From assembly GCA_030614915.1 (NCBI GenBank), contig JAUXAG010000006.1, positions 1,263 to 65,262 of the forward strand: a stretch of 64,000 nucleotides of DNA. The letters are read 5' to 3'. The stretch is from Actinomycetes bacterium. Its GTDB lineage: Bacteria; Planctomycetota; Phycisphaerae; JAACET01. Shown in pieces: positions 47,515 to 57,355 of the stretch. Each line of letters begins with the position of its first letter. The stretch's first letter is position 1. The notes under the pieces were generated by a model. It searched no databases. It had not been told where the DNA came from and was given only the letters and a program-made list of their open reading frames with translations. The position numbers and the translations under genes were made by a program.

Positions 47515-47588
47515 CCCCGGGTTTTACCCGGGGTTTCTTCCTCACGCCTTACGCCGGGGTCCCCAATCGCGATGTATCGCGATTGGGG
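47515..47588 (-). terminator. Two GC-rich hairpins 3' of mutL, including a perfect 13-bp-arm palindrome
   Basis: Hairpin 47515-47533: ccccggg tttta cccgggg. Hairpin 47561-47588: ccccaatcgcgat gt atcgcgattgggg. No extended U-tract. Confidence 0.45.
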
Positions 47589-47594
47589 TTTCCC

Positions 47595-49454
47595 TCAAGT
47601 CCTTTTAAACTGTTTTTCAAGTTCTGCCAGGCTCATCTTGAGGATTGTCGGGCGACCATGTGGACAGTTGCTCGAACGCTCAGCGAATTCTGCGTCAGCC
47701 AATAGCTGGGACATTTCCTCTTCGCTTAGTTTATCACCCGCCTTGACTGCCGCCTTGCAGGCCATGCTCGCCAGCACTTCTTCGAGAACCTGCTCAGCGG
47801 CGGAGTCTGTGGGCATTTCCACCAGCCGATCGACTATATCCTGGACCGCTGCCCCCGGATCTGCCCTGTCCAACATGGCCGGGAAGGCCTGTACAGCCAC
47901 GGCTGTCGGGCCGAAGTCCACCAGTTCAATGCCCACCTGCGATAAAATCTCCTGAACCTTATCCAGCATGGCACGCTGTTGATTGGTCAACTCCACCGGC
48001 ATGGGCACCAGCAATTGCTGCGAGGCCACCTGTCCCCGGCCGACCCTCTGGCTCAATTGCTCGTATAGAATCCGCTCGTGGAGGGCATGCTGGTCCACGA
48101 TGATAAGTCCATCGTCCGTCTCGGCTACCAGGTACATCCTGTGTAGCTGCAGGACCGCTCCCGCGGCTGTCGCCCGGATTGTTGGCTCTGCTTGGGCCTC
48201 CAGCCGTTCGCTTTGGGTCGTAGAAGATGAGCCCTGGCGGTCAGCTTCAAAGAGTTTGTTCAGTTCCTCCCTTAGCTCTTGGCCGGTCGGACCTTTATTG
48301 TGCCTGCTCCGGCTGTAGCCGCCGCTGCCTGGGCCAAAGGCCAGCGGAGCTTGGCTCGGAGGCGAGGCCTTGAGGAAATCGGCCACGGCTCGGCGGATCT
48401 GCTCGGTTTTTTCACCGTCAGCCTGGCCGCCCTCGCCCTGTTCTATGCGCATTCGGCTCGAGAGGTCGCTCTTGAGGAACCGCTCCCGAAGCGTCCCCAG
48501 CACTTGGGAGTGCACGGCATTGGAATCCCGGAAGCGGACCTCTATTTTTGTGGGGTGCACATTTACATCCACCATCTCCGGGGCCATCTGCAGATAGAGA
48601 AAGGCCACCGGAAAGCGGTTCGCTTCGATCAGCCCCCGATAGGCCTCGCGCACAGCATGTTGGATGAAACGGTCGCGGATATATCGCCCGTTGAGGAAGA
48701 AATACTGCCATTTGCTCGAAGTCCGGCTCATATCCGGCGGAGCCAGCAGGGCCTGGATTCTTATTCGGCGCTCATCGCTGTCGGCCTCGATTAGTGTCTG
48801 GGCCAGTTCGTCGCCGAAGAGGCCGGTGATTCTCTCCCGCAAGTTGGACGCCGCCGGCAGGTCCAGATTTTTCCTGCCATTGTGGCTGAGGGTAAAGTGC
48901 ACTTGGCTCTGGGCCAGGGCCACTCTGGTCAATTGCTCACAAACGTGCGACGTCTCCGTGGAGGTACCCTTAAGGAATTTTCGCCGGGCTGGCACGTTGA
49001 AAAAGAGGTCTCGCACCCAAACGCTGGTTCCGACAGCCGCGGCCGTCGGCCTGGGCTCATGGCTGTCGCCCCCTTCGCAACTCACTTCGTATCCTGCCTC
49101 GTTGTCAACGGTTCGGCTAACGATTCGGACCCGGCTGACGCTGGCAATGCTCGCCAGGGCCTCTCCTCGAAATCCCATGGTTTTGATGGCCAAGAGGTCT
49201 TCGGCGTTACTGAGCTTGCTTGTGGCATGGGCAGTCCAGGCCAGAGCTATGTCTTCACGGCCCATCCCTGCGCCGTCGTCGGTCACCTGGATGAGGCGTT
49301 TGCCGCCGTCCTCGACAGCCACGTCGATGCGCCCGGCCCCGGCATCAATGGCATTCTCCAGCAGCTCTTTGACCACCGAGGCCGGCCTTTCGACAACTTC
49401 CCCTGCGGCTATCTTGTTGACCAGGAGCTCCGGAAGTATTTGGATTTGTCCCAT
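47595..49454 (-). CDS. mutL: DNA mismatch repair protein MutL
   Basis: GHKL ATPase N-terminus ILPELLVNKIAAGEVVERPASVVKELLENAIDAGA. C-terminal dimerisation domain. Confidence 0.9.
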   Translation of the reverse strand: MGQIQILPELLVNKIAAGEVVERPASVVKELLENAIDAGAGRIDVAVEDGGKRLIQVTDDGAGMGREDIALAWTAHATSKLSNAEDLLAIKTMGFRGEALASIASVSRVRIVSRTVDNEAGYEVSCEGGDSHEPRPTAAAVGTSVWVRDLFFNVPARRKFLKGTSTETSHVCEQLTRVALAQSQVHFTLSHNGRKNLDLPAASNLRERITGLFGDELAQTLIEADSDERRIRIQALLAPPDMSRTSSKWQYFFLNGRYIRDRFIQHAVREAYRGLIEANRFPVAFLYLQMAPEMVDVNVHPTKIEVRFRDSNAVHSQVLGTLRERFLKSDLSSRMRIEQGEGGQADGEKTEQIRRAVADFLKASPPSQAPLAFGPGSGGYSRSRHNKGPTGQELREELNKLFEADRQGSSSTTQSERLEAQAEPTIRATAAGAVLQLHRMYLVAETDDGLIIVDQHALHERILYEQLSQRVGRGQVASQQLLVPMPVELTNQQRAMLDKVQEILSQVGIELVDFGPTAVAVQAFPAMLDRADPGAAVQDIVDRLVEMPTDSAAEQVLEEVLASMACKAAVKAGDKLSEEEMSQLLADAEFAERSSNCPHGRPTILKMSLAELEKQFKRT

Positions 49455-49540
49455 GGCTATCTGCTGCCGAGCAAGTCTTGAATTGTCTGCCTCTGTGAGC
49501 CATAGTATATGCCCGGTTCACCTGTTCGGTCAACGACGGA

Positions 49541-50203
49541 GTGTTTATGGCTGTATTACGTGCAGTTCTTTGTCCAGCCGGCCCGCAGGTTGCTCCGATT
49601 GAGCTAGCCAGTCGGGCAGTCTCCGCCGGTTGTCGGGCCATCGCCTTGGCCGATGGGGCCGAACTTTCCGGCGAAGCTCTGGCTGAGATTCGAGCCCTGG
49701 GAGTTGAAATTGAGTGTTTGAGTTGCCCTAAGCCGCTTTGCGGCGACTCACTGTCCGCCTTGGTCAGCCGAGCTGCCAAGCTGGAGATTCCTCACGTTTT
49801 GGTCCCCGCGGGCCCCGCCGAGTATAGCTACAGCCGGGCATATGACCAACTCTACAGCCTGTTGTACGAGATTGCCCCCCAGGCAGACCAGCTGGCTGTC
49901 AAGCTACTCGTCTGTGCCCCTCAGAAAGCCTTTCTCTTAAGTCCGCTGGAGGTTCGAGGGCTCATCGATGCGCTCAACTCGCCCAACGTCGGCTGCTGCT
50001 TGAGCTTTGACCACTGCTTGGCCCATGAGCTCTCCATTGTCCATTGGATTGGGATTCTCAACGCCCGGCTGTTCGCTTGCCGGATAAATTCGGCTTCTGA
50101 TATGGCTGGGGAGACGTTGGCTCTTTGGGCTAACCTTCCCACAGAGCCCTTTTGTCTTGCGACTGAGGCCTCTGTCGCTGCTGAATTGAGCCGAATGAAT
50201 TAG
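49541..50203 (+). CDS. Hypothetical protein (possible truncated TIM-barrel sugar-phosphate isomerase/epimerase-like)
   Basis: 220-aa ORF between convergent genes. Weak resemblance only. Confidence 0.3.
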   Translation: MFMAVLRAVLCPAGPQVAPIELASRAVSAGCRAIALADGAELSGEALAEIRALGVEIECLSCPKPLCGDSLSALVSRAAKLEIPHVLVPAGPAEYSYSRAYDQLYSLLYEIAPQADQLAVKLLVCAPQKAFLLSPLEVRGLIDALNSPNVGCCLSFDHCLAHELSIVHWIGILNARLFACRINSASDMAGETLALWANLPTEPFCLATEASVAAELSRMN

Positions 50204-50541
50204 CGGGCAAGCACCTGCTGAACCTTAGTTCCCTGGAAGACCACCACGGCATGGGGGTATTGCCAAATCTTGTGCTCGGGGTCCGCCGGCGAGTCCAGTA
50301 TGTATTCGGGTACGCCCCAGGCCAATATGACCTGCGATTGGCTGGCTCCCGGGCTGATCAGTTCAGCGCCAATGCCGGATTCGGCCTGCTCGGCCTCGGT
50401 GTCGGCTGTTACCTCCACCTGCTTGACTCGGCTCCAAGGTATCTTTGCCGCCGAGGTCTTCGAGCCGGCTTTCGTCCCGCAGCCTGTCGGCAGCAGACAG
50501 GCCAAACCAGCAAGAAATATGACAATTGGGTATACTCTCAT
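50200..50541 (-). CDS. Small putative lipoprotein translationally coupled to the secretin gene (pilotin-like position)
   Basis: Signal MRVYPIVIFLAGLACLLPTGC. Start overlaps the secretin stop (ATGA overlap at 50538-50541). Confidence 0.5.
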   Translation of the reverse strand: MRVYPIVIFLAGLACLLPTGCGTKAGSKTSAAKIPWSRVKQVEVTADTEAEQAESGIGAELISPGASQSQVILAWGVPEYILDSPADPEHKIWQYPHAVVVFQGTKVQQVLAR

Positions 50542-53237
50542 GGTTTTTCAAAAGCCCCGAATTCCATGGTTCGCCCAACGCGGCCGGGAAGACTCAGTTG
50601 CCGGGATATAGCCTCGCGCAGCTTGGCCATGGTTTCGCTCAGTTTCTTTTCGAATGCCGCGTAGTAATGCTCGGTATGGTAGAAGTATCTGGCTACTTCC
50701 CAGTCGATCAGATAGGTCCGCTTGGGGTCTATTACCGGGAAGGTCAGTTGGCGTCCGACCTTGAAGTGTTTCAGCCGGAATCCGTCGTCCGTCTTGTTCA
50801 GGTCGACGGTCCGCTTGAGGATCAGGGCAGCCTGGAGCCGTTCGATATCCTTGGCACTATTGATCAGTATAGTCCAGCGGGGCACACCGTTGACCGGCTG
50901 ATTGAGCTGGTAGAGTTTTTCGGCCCATTCGTCGCGGTCCTTCAGTTCCAGTACACGTATTTCAGGGATAGACTGCTTCAGGACATCCTCGGCTCGGGCC
51001 TGCTCGGGCACCTGAAAAGTCAGGGCCAGGGCCTGCTTAGAATGCCGCCTGAAGTACCAGTCCAGATTCCCTTTGCGCCGTCCGCAGAGTTCTTTGGTCA
51101 GGAACTCGACCTCGAACCCGCACGGCTCCGCTGGATTCGGCTTAAAGAGGATCAGGTTCGTGGGAGTAACTTTGTTCATCAATTTCAGTTTCTTGATAAT
51201 CTGATAGACCATCCGCTCGACCAGAATAGTCTCCCCGGGTACTTGGTCCTGGATTACGCTGTCGAACGGTGTCCGCTCCGCGAGTTCGGGCCTGCTTCGG
51301 ATCAACTGCCTGGTCTGGGCCATCAGCTCGTTCAGCTCGGCGTTGCTGCGCAGGAAAGATAGGTCGAAAACATCCTGAATGCGAATGCGGTAGATGGCCC
51401 GGAAGAGCAAAGGATCAATTTCGTCAAACAGAGCACTATCCTTGGGCATGGCTCGATTGACGGCGATTTTTTCCGGCAGAACGTAGGGCGTGAGTACGAT
51501 GATAACTTCCCGCCGTTCCGTGCTGCTTTCCTTGACCTTGAACAACCAGCCGATTATGGGGATCCTGGAGATGAAGGGAATACGGTCGGACTCAGTCGAG
51601 CTTCGTTTGGAGATCAGGCCACCTATGATCAGCGGCGTGTTGTTGCGGATCCGGGCGTAGGTCTGCACCTGACGAGTCAGCACCACCGGAGCCTGGGCCT
51701 GGGCTGCCAGGCTGTTGGGGTCGATCTGTATGCGATACGGCGAAGTAGCATCGATGTCGGAGACGCTGGCGTCTATCTGGAAGGAAACGTCCTCGCTGTC
51801 GGAGCTTATCCGCGGGCGAAGGTTCAGAACAATACCAACAGAGATGTATTGCACCTTCACGTTGGTGGTAAGTTCGGTTATCACCGTCGAAGAAACCGGG
51901 ACCTCCGTGGTCACCCGGATGCGGCATTGCCGATTGTCCAAGGCCAGGATGCTCGGCCGGCTTAGAACCTGGGCCTTACCCTCGCGGATCAGGGCTCGAA
52001 GCGTCGCACGATATGTGCCTATTGCCCGTAACATTACGGGCGTGCTGATGTTATAACTGAGGCCGAAAATCAGCGGACGAACTGTTTCACCCGACGCCGT
52101 TTCAAAGCTGGCAGAATGAGTCGGGTTTGGCCCGCCCCCGGTCCAAGTGTGCTCCAGCCCCAATTGCTTCATGCCAGTTTCAGAGACCTCAAGGACCATT
52201 CCCTCTATAAGTAGCTGCCGGGCGGGCACGTCGATCTGGCCGCTCAGCAGTTCCAGCAGGTGAGCCAGGGCTGCCCTTCCGGACGAGCTGGGATCATAGC
52301 TGATCAAGAGTCTCTCCAGCGGACCGCCCGAGGTGGAGGACGTGAACTCGCTGACCTCCTCTCCCGGAAGCCTAATGCCGAAGGCACCCTTCTTGATCGC
52401 CGCTGTGCCCGCCAGTGAGGCCTTCTGCGGGTCCGGCATCTTGCAGACCATCGGTAGATTCTTGCGCTTTATCAGTTGATCATATTTAAAGCTCTCGGGG
52501 TCGTCGATTACGTAATAGCCCATGACTCTCAGGGTTTGCAGGGCCTTGTCGCCTTCCATATAGTTAAGCTGATATATCCAGGTGGGCAAATCTCGTGGCA
52601 GCATTTCCTGGGGCTGGGCGGCTGCATCCTGCAGGACCGCCTGGACCATCTCCAGCCCAGAGTTGATGTCCGGGTTGGCCTCATACTTGTCCCCAGCTAT
52701 TTGGTAGCCCTGGACGAAGAGTCGATCCGGCTGGGTTTCCAAGAGCTGGATTCCTATTTGCAGGATTCGCTTACCGCTGGGCGTGGCCAGCTCATAGTTG
52801 ATCGCCAGCTCGAAGTCAGCGGCCGCCTCGCTTGCCAGGTCCGGCACTTGATCCCCTCTCAGAAGAACATAGGCTTTGGCGGAGCGGATTTGTTGGCCGA
52901 CGACCCGCAGCAATTCTTCGAGCTGTTGTTCGCTCATATCCGCCGGCAGCACTATGGACTTACCGGTCAAGACCGGCTGACCGTTTGCCGGGCTGGCCGA
53001 GTTCTGCTCGGGTTTATCCAGGCTATCGCCTGGAGCCGGCGAAGCCTTTTGAGCTTTAGCAGTCTGGCCCGGCTGATCGCCGGCGGGCGGGGGTTCGCCT
53101 TGGGCCCCTTTGCCGCAAGGCAGGCACAGAAGCACAGCGAAGAGCCAAACCGCCGGCAGGGCAGCCTTGCCGGGCGCTGGGCTCTCAATAGAAGCCTTTG
53201 GTTCTGCCATAGGATCTCTGTATTTACGCACTGTCAC
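50538..53237 (-). CDS. Secretin-family outer-membrane channel protein (GspD/PilQ-like) with Pro-rich N-terminal linker and ~300-aa C-terminal extension
   Basis: Signal peptide. N-domains. Secretin C-domain motif ...PLIIGGLISKRSSTESDRIPFISRIPIIGWLFK...VIIVLTPYVL. About 300 additional residues follow the secretin core. Confidence 0.8.
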   Translation of the reverse strand: MTVRKYRDPMAEPKASIESPAPGKAALPAVWLFAVLLCLPCGKGAQGEPPPAGDQPGQTAKAQKASPAPGDSLDKPEQNSASPANGQPVLTGKSIVLPADMSEQQLEELLRVVGQQIRSAKAYVLLRGDQVPDLASEAAADFELAINYELATPSGKRILQIGIQLLETQPDRLFVQGYQIAGDKYEANPDINSGLEMVQAVLQDAAAQPQEMLPRDLPTWIYQLNYMEGDKALQTLRVMGYYVIDDPESFKYDQLIKRKNLPMVCKMPDPQKASLAGTAAIKKGAFGIRLPGEEVSEFTSSTSGGPLERLLISYDPSSSGRAALAHLLELLSGQIDVPARQLLIEGMVLEVSETGMKQLGLEHTWTGGGPNPTHSASFETASGETVRPLIFGLSYNISTPVMLRAIGTYRATLRALIREGKAQVLSRPSILALDNRQCRIRVTTEVPVSSTVITELTTNVKVQYISVGIVLNLRPRISSDSEDVSFQIDASVSDIDATSPYRIQIDPNSLAAQAQAPVVLTRQVQTYARIRNNTPLIIGGLISKRSSTESDRIPFISRIPIIGWLFKVKESSTERREVIIVLTPYVLPEKIAVNRAMPKDSALFDEIDPLLFRAIYRIRIQDVFDLSFLRSNAELNELMAQTRQLIRSRPELAERTPFDSVIQDQVPGETILVERMVYQIIKKLKLMNKVTPTNLILFKPNPAEPCGFEVEFLTKELCGRRKGNLDWYFRRHSKQALALTFQVPEQARAEDVLKQSIPEIRVLELKDRDEWAEKLYQLNQPVNGVPRWTILINSAKDIERLQAALILKRTVDLNKTDDGFRLKHFKVGRQLTFPVIDPKRTYLIDWEVARYFYHTEHYYAAFEKKLSETMAKLREAISRQLSLPGRVGRTMEFGAFEKP

Positions 53238-53346
53238 TGTATGGCGATTATCGGTCCAGGCTTGGAATTCGCTTGAGGAAAAGGATTATCGGTCTTTTGC
53301 GAACCGGCCAGTGGCTTTAGAAACTCACACATTGGGAGTCGCCATA

Positions 53347-55095
53347 CTAGCCGGAGCCGTTCGAGCGGTCGAAATATTGGCAGGTAGTGCCCCCGCCGTC
53401 CGGGGCCGGCCCATCGCCCATACGCAGCAGATGCCTCGCCCCGGAGATAATCTCCTGCCGGTGAGTTATCAGCAAGGTCGTGCGGTCGGCCATAATGGGT
53501 TCTATGGCCTTGAGGATGGCTCGTTCGGATTCCGGGTCCACCGAGGCAGTGGCCTCATCCAGGATCAGTATCCTCGGCTCCTTTAGGATGGCCCGGGTCA
53601 GGGTTATCCTCTGTCTTTCTCCCCGGCTCAGTTCGACACCACCTTGCCCGATCACCGTTTGATAGCCGTCCCGCAGACGGCAAATGAAGTCGTGGGCGTT
53701 GGCCCTTTTGGCCGCCGCCTCGATCTGCTCCCGCCTGGCCGTCGGACGAGCGTAACGGATATTCTCCAGGATACTGCGATTGAACAGGAAGCACTCCTGA
53801 AAAGCCACCCCGATCTCCTGGCGGAGCTTAGCCAGTCGAATGTGCCGATAGTCGAGACCATCGATCAGAATGCTGCCCGAAGTCGGATCAAACATTCGCA
53901 GCAACAGGTTGACCAGCGTGCTCTTGCCGCATCCGGACGGACCGGTAATGACCAGGGTCTGGCCGGCAGGTACCCGGAAGCAGACGTCCCGCAGGATTGG
54001 TTGACCATCGCTCGGGTAACAGAACGAGACGTTCCGGAACTCGACATCCCCGCGGATACCTGCGACCTTTGCCAGGGGTTCGGTTTCTTTTGGTGTCGGT
54101 CTAATGTCAAGTATGGCCCAGACCCGCTCCAGGCTGGCTAGGCTGCGTTGAAACTTCGCAGCCTCGCTGATTATGCCCCCCACGCGGGTATAGGCCAATC
54201 CCAAGCATATCCAGAACATAATGAATGTCCCGCTGAAGTCGCGCCAGAGTACTCCCAGGTTGATTACCAGGTGAGCGACGTAGGCGAGGACGATGAGGTA
54301 GCCGAGTCCGATAAGCAGGTCGGAGATAATCTTTTGTCTGACGTGGTAGACTCGCTGGCTGATCTGGGCAGCGCGGGTTTTCTCGATGGACTCTTCGAAC
54401 TTGGCGGCCTCGTGGTCTTCACGTCCAAAGCCTTTGACCACCTCGGCGGCAGTAAAACTCTCCACCAGGTCGCCGTGCACCACGGACAACTGTTCGGCGA
54501 CGGCCCTGCTGGAGAGTTTGATGCCCGCCCGCATCCGGTAGTAGGCTATCACCTGTACGGGAAGTACAGCGCTGGAGACCAGGGCCAGCCGCCAGTCGGT
54601 CAGAAACATAATCAGCAGCAGCAAGCAGACCGTCAGGGCGTCGGCGCCCATGGTACCCAGGCTGTCGCGAAAGAATTCCTGGATACTGGTTACATCGCCC
54701 ATCAATCGGCTGGTGAGTTTTCCCGGTTTGAATCTCCTATAAAATTCCAGGCCCAAACCCTGGATGTGCTCGAAAAGGCTGCGACGCAAATCAAAGGCCA
54801 GCCCTTCGCTTATTTGCACCGACCAATAGCGGGAGGCGAAAAACAACAGGTTCCGGGCGACATACACGCCGCCTACTCCCCCAAGCAGCCAGAGCAGCAA
54901 ATATCCGTTCTTGTTCTCGAAGGCCTCAATAATGTTTTTGATCAGCAGAGGAAGGCATATATTTGCCCCACTGAGCACTATTATGGTCAGGAGGATAACA
55001 GTGATAAGGGCCGAATGCGGCCAAAGATAGGGCAGCAGCCGCCGCACCATCGACCGACTGGTGGATGTAACGTCTTGCCGAGAAGTCACTTGCAA
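53347..55095 (-). CDS. ABC exporter, fused permease-ATPase half-transporter (MsbA-like)
   Basis: Six TM helices. Walker A GPSGCGKST. Signature LSRGERQRI. Walker B ILILDEATS. Confidence 0.85.
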   Translation of the reverse strand: MQVTSRQDVTSTSRSMVRRLLPYLWPHSALITVILLTIIVLSGANICLPLLIKNIIEAFENKNGYLLLWLLGGVGGVYVARNLLFFASRYWSVQISEGLAFDLRRSLFEHIQGLGLEFYRRFKPGKLTSRLMGDVTSIQEFFRDSLGTMGADALTVCLLLLIMFLTDWRLALVSSAVLPVQVIAYYRMRAGIKLSSRAVAEQLSVVHGDLVESFTAAEVVKGFGREDHEAAKFEESIEKTRAAQISQRVYHVRQKIISDLLIGLGYLIVLAYVAHLVINLGVLWRDFSGTFIMFWICLGLAYTRVGGIISEAAKFQRSLASLERVWAILDIRPTPKETEPLAKVAGIRGDVEFRNVSFCYPSDGQPILRDVCFRVPAGQTLVITGPSGCGKSTLVNLLLRMFDPTSGSILIDGLDYRHIRLAKLRQEIGVAFQECFLFNRSILENIRYARPTARREQIEAAAKRANAHDFICRLRDGYQTVIGQGGVELSRGERQRITLTRAILKEPRILILDEATASVDPESERAILKAIEPIMADRTTLLITHRQEIISGARHLLRMGDGPAPDGGGTTCQYFDRSNGSG

Positions 55096-55280
55096 TTCCC
55101 CGTCCGGATATCTACGACTCTTGCGGTCGGTTGGGCCGACTCGCTGAGTTATTTTACCTTAGCTGCGCGGAGATTCAAACCAAACCCCCCCTTTAATTCT
55201 GGGCATTTGGGCTGGCTAAATATAAAAAGCAGTCAGTCAAAGACGCCTGCCTTTGAGATTATTTGTCCTGGCCAGTCGTT

Positions 55281-56150
55281 TCAGCCGTCCAGACCGTTGG
55301 CTCGCGGGGAGAACAGCTGGTCAGTCAGCCCCCGGTTGAAACGCACATCCAGGTATCTGTAGCGGCTGATAAGATTACCAGCAGTATCGAAGCCTTCCGT
55401 TCTGGTCGGCAGGAGATATTCCTTGTCTAAATAGATGTATAATACTGCATACAAGGTATCGTAGCCCTTGTCCATGGGCAGTTTGCGACGCAAGACCAGA
55501 CACTCTCGGCCGTCCAGTACTTTGCTATTCAGGTATTCGATAACCAAGTCACCGTTTTTGTCCGCTTCTTCGTAAGTGCTAACCATATCATCCAGCACTC
55601 GGCCGAAACCGAACCCAGCTGGTGTGCGCAGTGATGATTTCTTCAGTCTCGGATCATCGATGTCCCGACGCACGGTGCGCACCAGCAGGCCGGCAAGCCC
55701 GGCCGGATGCACCAGTATCGTCTTGTTGCCGTCCTTTTCAACGTACAGAAGAGTATCCACCGGACCTTTTGGCTCTTGCCAGTTCATCAATACGGAGAAT
55801 GGGGCTTCCTTGAAGTAAACGCGAATCTTCTCGGGGTCCTTGAAATGCCCGTTGATTCGCTCTTGTTTGATAAAAGTGCAGGTGTAATCCCGTACGGATT
55901 TGTGGTAGCTCTCCTGGGCGAGCCTTAATAGGCCCAAAGGATCTTCCCCGGCCAGGCGCTCGAGTTCAACCTGGATTTGCATTTCTTCACTGTAGAGCGG
56001 AGCCTCTTCTGCAGCAAGCGCCTGGTAGTGATAGCTCCGGTCGACGCAGCGGTTGTTTGAGGCCAATACAATCAAAACCGTGCCAATAGCCAGGCCCAAT
56101 CCGATTCGACAGCACCAGTTGCTTCCTTGCTTACGTAGTTTTCGCCACAT
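55281..56150 (-). CDS. Hypothetical membrane-anchored periplasmic protein (possibly DUF1571/LolA-fold-like)
   Basis: N-terminal TM. About 250-aa soluble domain. Family assignment is tentative. Confidence 0.5.
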   Translation of the reverse strand: MWRKLRKQGSNWCCRIGLGLAIGTVLIVLASNNRCVDRSYHYQALAAEEAPLYSEEMQIQVELERLAGEDPLGLLRLAQESYHKSVRDYTCTFIKQERINGHFKDPEKIRVYFKEAPFSVLMNWQEPKGPVDTLLYVEKDGNKTILVHPAGLAGLLVRTVRRDIDDPRLKKSSLRTPAGFGFGRVLDDMVSTYEEADKNGDLVIEYLNSKVLDGRECLVLRRKLPMDKGYDTLYAVLYIYLDKEYLLPTRTEGFDTAGNLISRYRYLDVRFNRGLTDQLFSPRANGLDG

Positions 56151-56452
56151 CAGTATTTCCCTCAGTTTACGGAAAAAGGGCTGGCAGTTTTTCCTTTTCC
56201 CTGCTCTGGTTTGTGCTGTCGGCCAAGTAGCTTTACCGACTCGATAAAGTGGACCTGGTAAAAATCGACAATTACCACCAAAAAGCTTTAGTCCTTGTAG
56301 TCATGCCCTTTTGTCCTCAGCGGTCAGCAAATTATCAGCACCGGGACTGCTGGGGACAAGTTAATTTCCCAACGGTTGGCAGCGAGAAGGCTCGTCGCCT
56401 GGGACCCACGGCGTCTAACCCGTTGGGACCAAAGCAGCTAGGCGCAAAAGCC

Positions 56453-56483
56453 GGGTCGCCGCAAACCTTGTCCGCGGCGACCC
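56453..56483 (-). terminator. Intrinsic terminator-like hairpin 3' of the HTH-receiver regulator gene
   Basis: gggtcgccgc (56453-56462), 11-nt loop, gcggcgaccc (56474-56483). Minus-strand reading is followed by UUUUG. Confidence 0.55.
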
Positions 56484-56534
56484 TTATCAGAAACAGTACC
56501 GGGCACAATCTGCGTCCGGTGCTGTGGACGTTTA

Positions 56535-57131
56535 TTATGCTAATCTGAGATTGCCGGCAACTCGCTGTCTGGCGAGACTAACCAACTCTACTATGAAGCT
56601 GCTCAACCTGGACTCATCCAGGGCAAGGTTCAGGCAGGCATCGAAGCCGTAATCCTCCAGCTCCCGCTCCTGCTGGCCGTTAGTCAGGGCAACCACTTTG
56701 GTTTTTTGCAAGTCCGCTATGACCCTGATATTCCTGGGAATTTCCCGTCTACTGGGCGAGTCGGCTTCAACCTCCCAGAAGATTATTTGTGGCTTTAGTC
56801 GTTCAGCGAAGATCCCCGCGGCAAAGGCGGAGTCGGCCGATTGAACTTCGAAGTTGTTTTCTGCCAGCGTCTTTTCCAGAGTTGCGTTGTTTGAGGTCCC
56901 CTTGCTGACGATCAGGGCCCGTTGTTTATCGGACTCCAGAACGCCCCGCGGAATTCCGTGTTTATCCATGAAGAGCAGCAGTTCGGCTCGCGGGATTCGC
57001 CGATCTTTGCTGCCGGGAATTCGGTAGCCGCTGAGCTCTCCGGAGTCGAACCACTTGGAGACCGTTCGCGGGGCAACCTTACAAATCCGGGCCACTTCGC
57101 CGGTAGTCAGAATGTCTCTGCTTTTAGCCAT
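56535..57131 (-). CDS. Excisionase/MerR-type HTH (HTH_17) fused to atypical receiver-like domain (paralog of 22766-23383)
   Basis: LTTGEVARICKVAPRTVSKWFDSGELSGYRIPGSKDRRIPRAELLLFM followed by a REC-like region with ...PQIIFWEVEADSP, where no Asp sits at the phospho-acceptor position. Start taken at MAKSRD; the track starts at 57314. Confidence 0.65.
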   Translation of the reverse strand: MAKSRDILTTGEVARICKVAPRTVSKWFDSGELSGYRIPGSKDRRIPRAELLLFMDKHGIPRGVLESDKQRALIVSKGTSNNATLEKTLAENNFEVQSADSAFAAGIFAERLKPQIIFWEVEADSPSRREIPRNIRVIADLQKTKVVALTNGQQERELEDYGFDACLNLALDESRLSSFIVELVSLARQRVAGNLRLA

Positions 57132-57355
57132 TTCCTCTACCGATTCCGCCCCACCTGTATTATCTTTCCTGCAGAGCGTGTTCGCCGGTCGTTGAATCGG
57201 TCTTTGACGGCGGGAATTTAGTAAAAAACTCCGAAAATCGCCCGATCGGTCTGTCCGGGGTCCGGTTTTAGGCAGATACCTGCCCAGACCCGGAGCTTTT
57301 GCCGCGGACTTCAAGATGCTATGGATGGGTTTAGCGTTATAGGACTTGCCTGGGG

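Noticed and set aside
50526-51362. 278-aa plus-strand ORF and other antisense ORFs through 53276
   Set aside because: They are antisense to the secretin gene.
54148-55362. 404-aa plus-strand ORF
   Set aside because: It is antisense to the ABC exporter and spans its 5' intergenic region.
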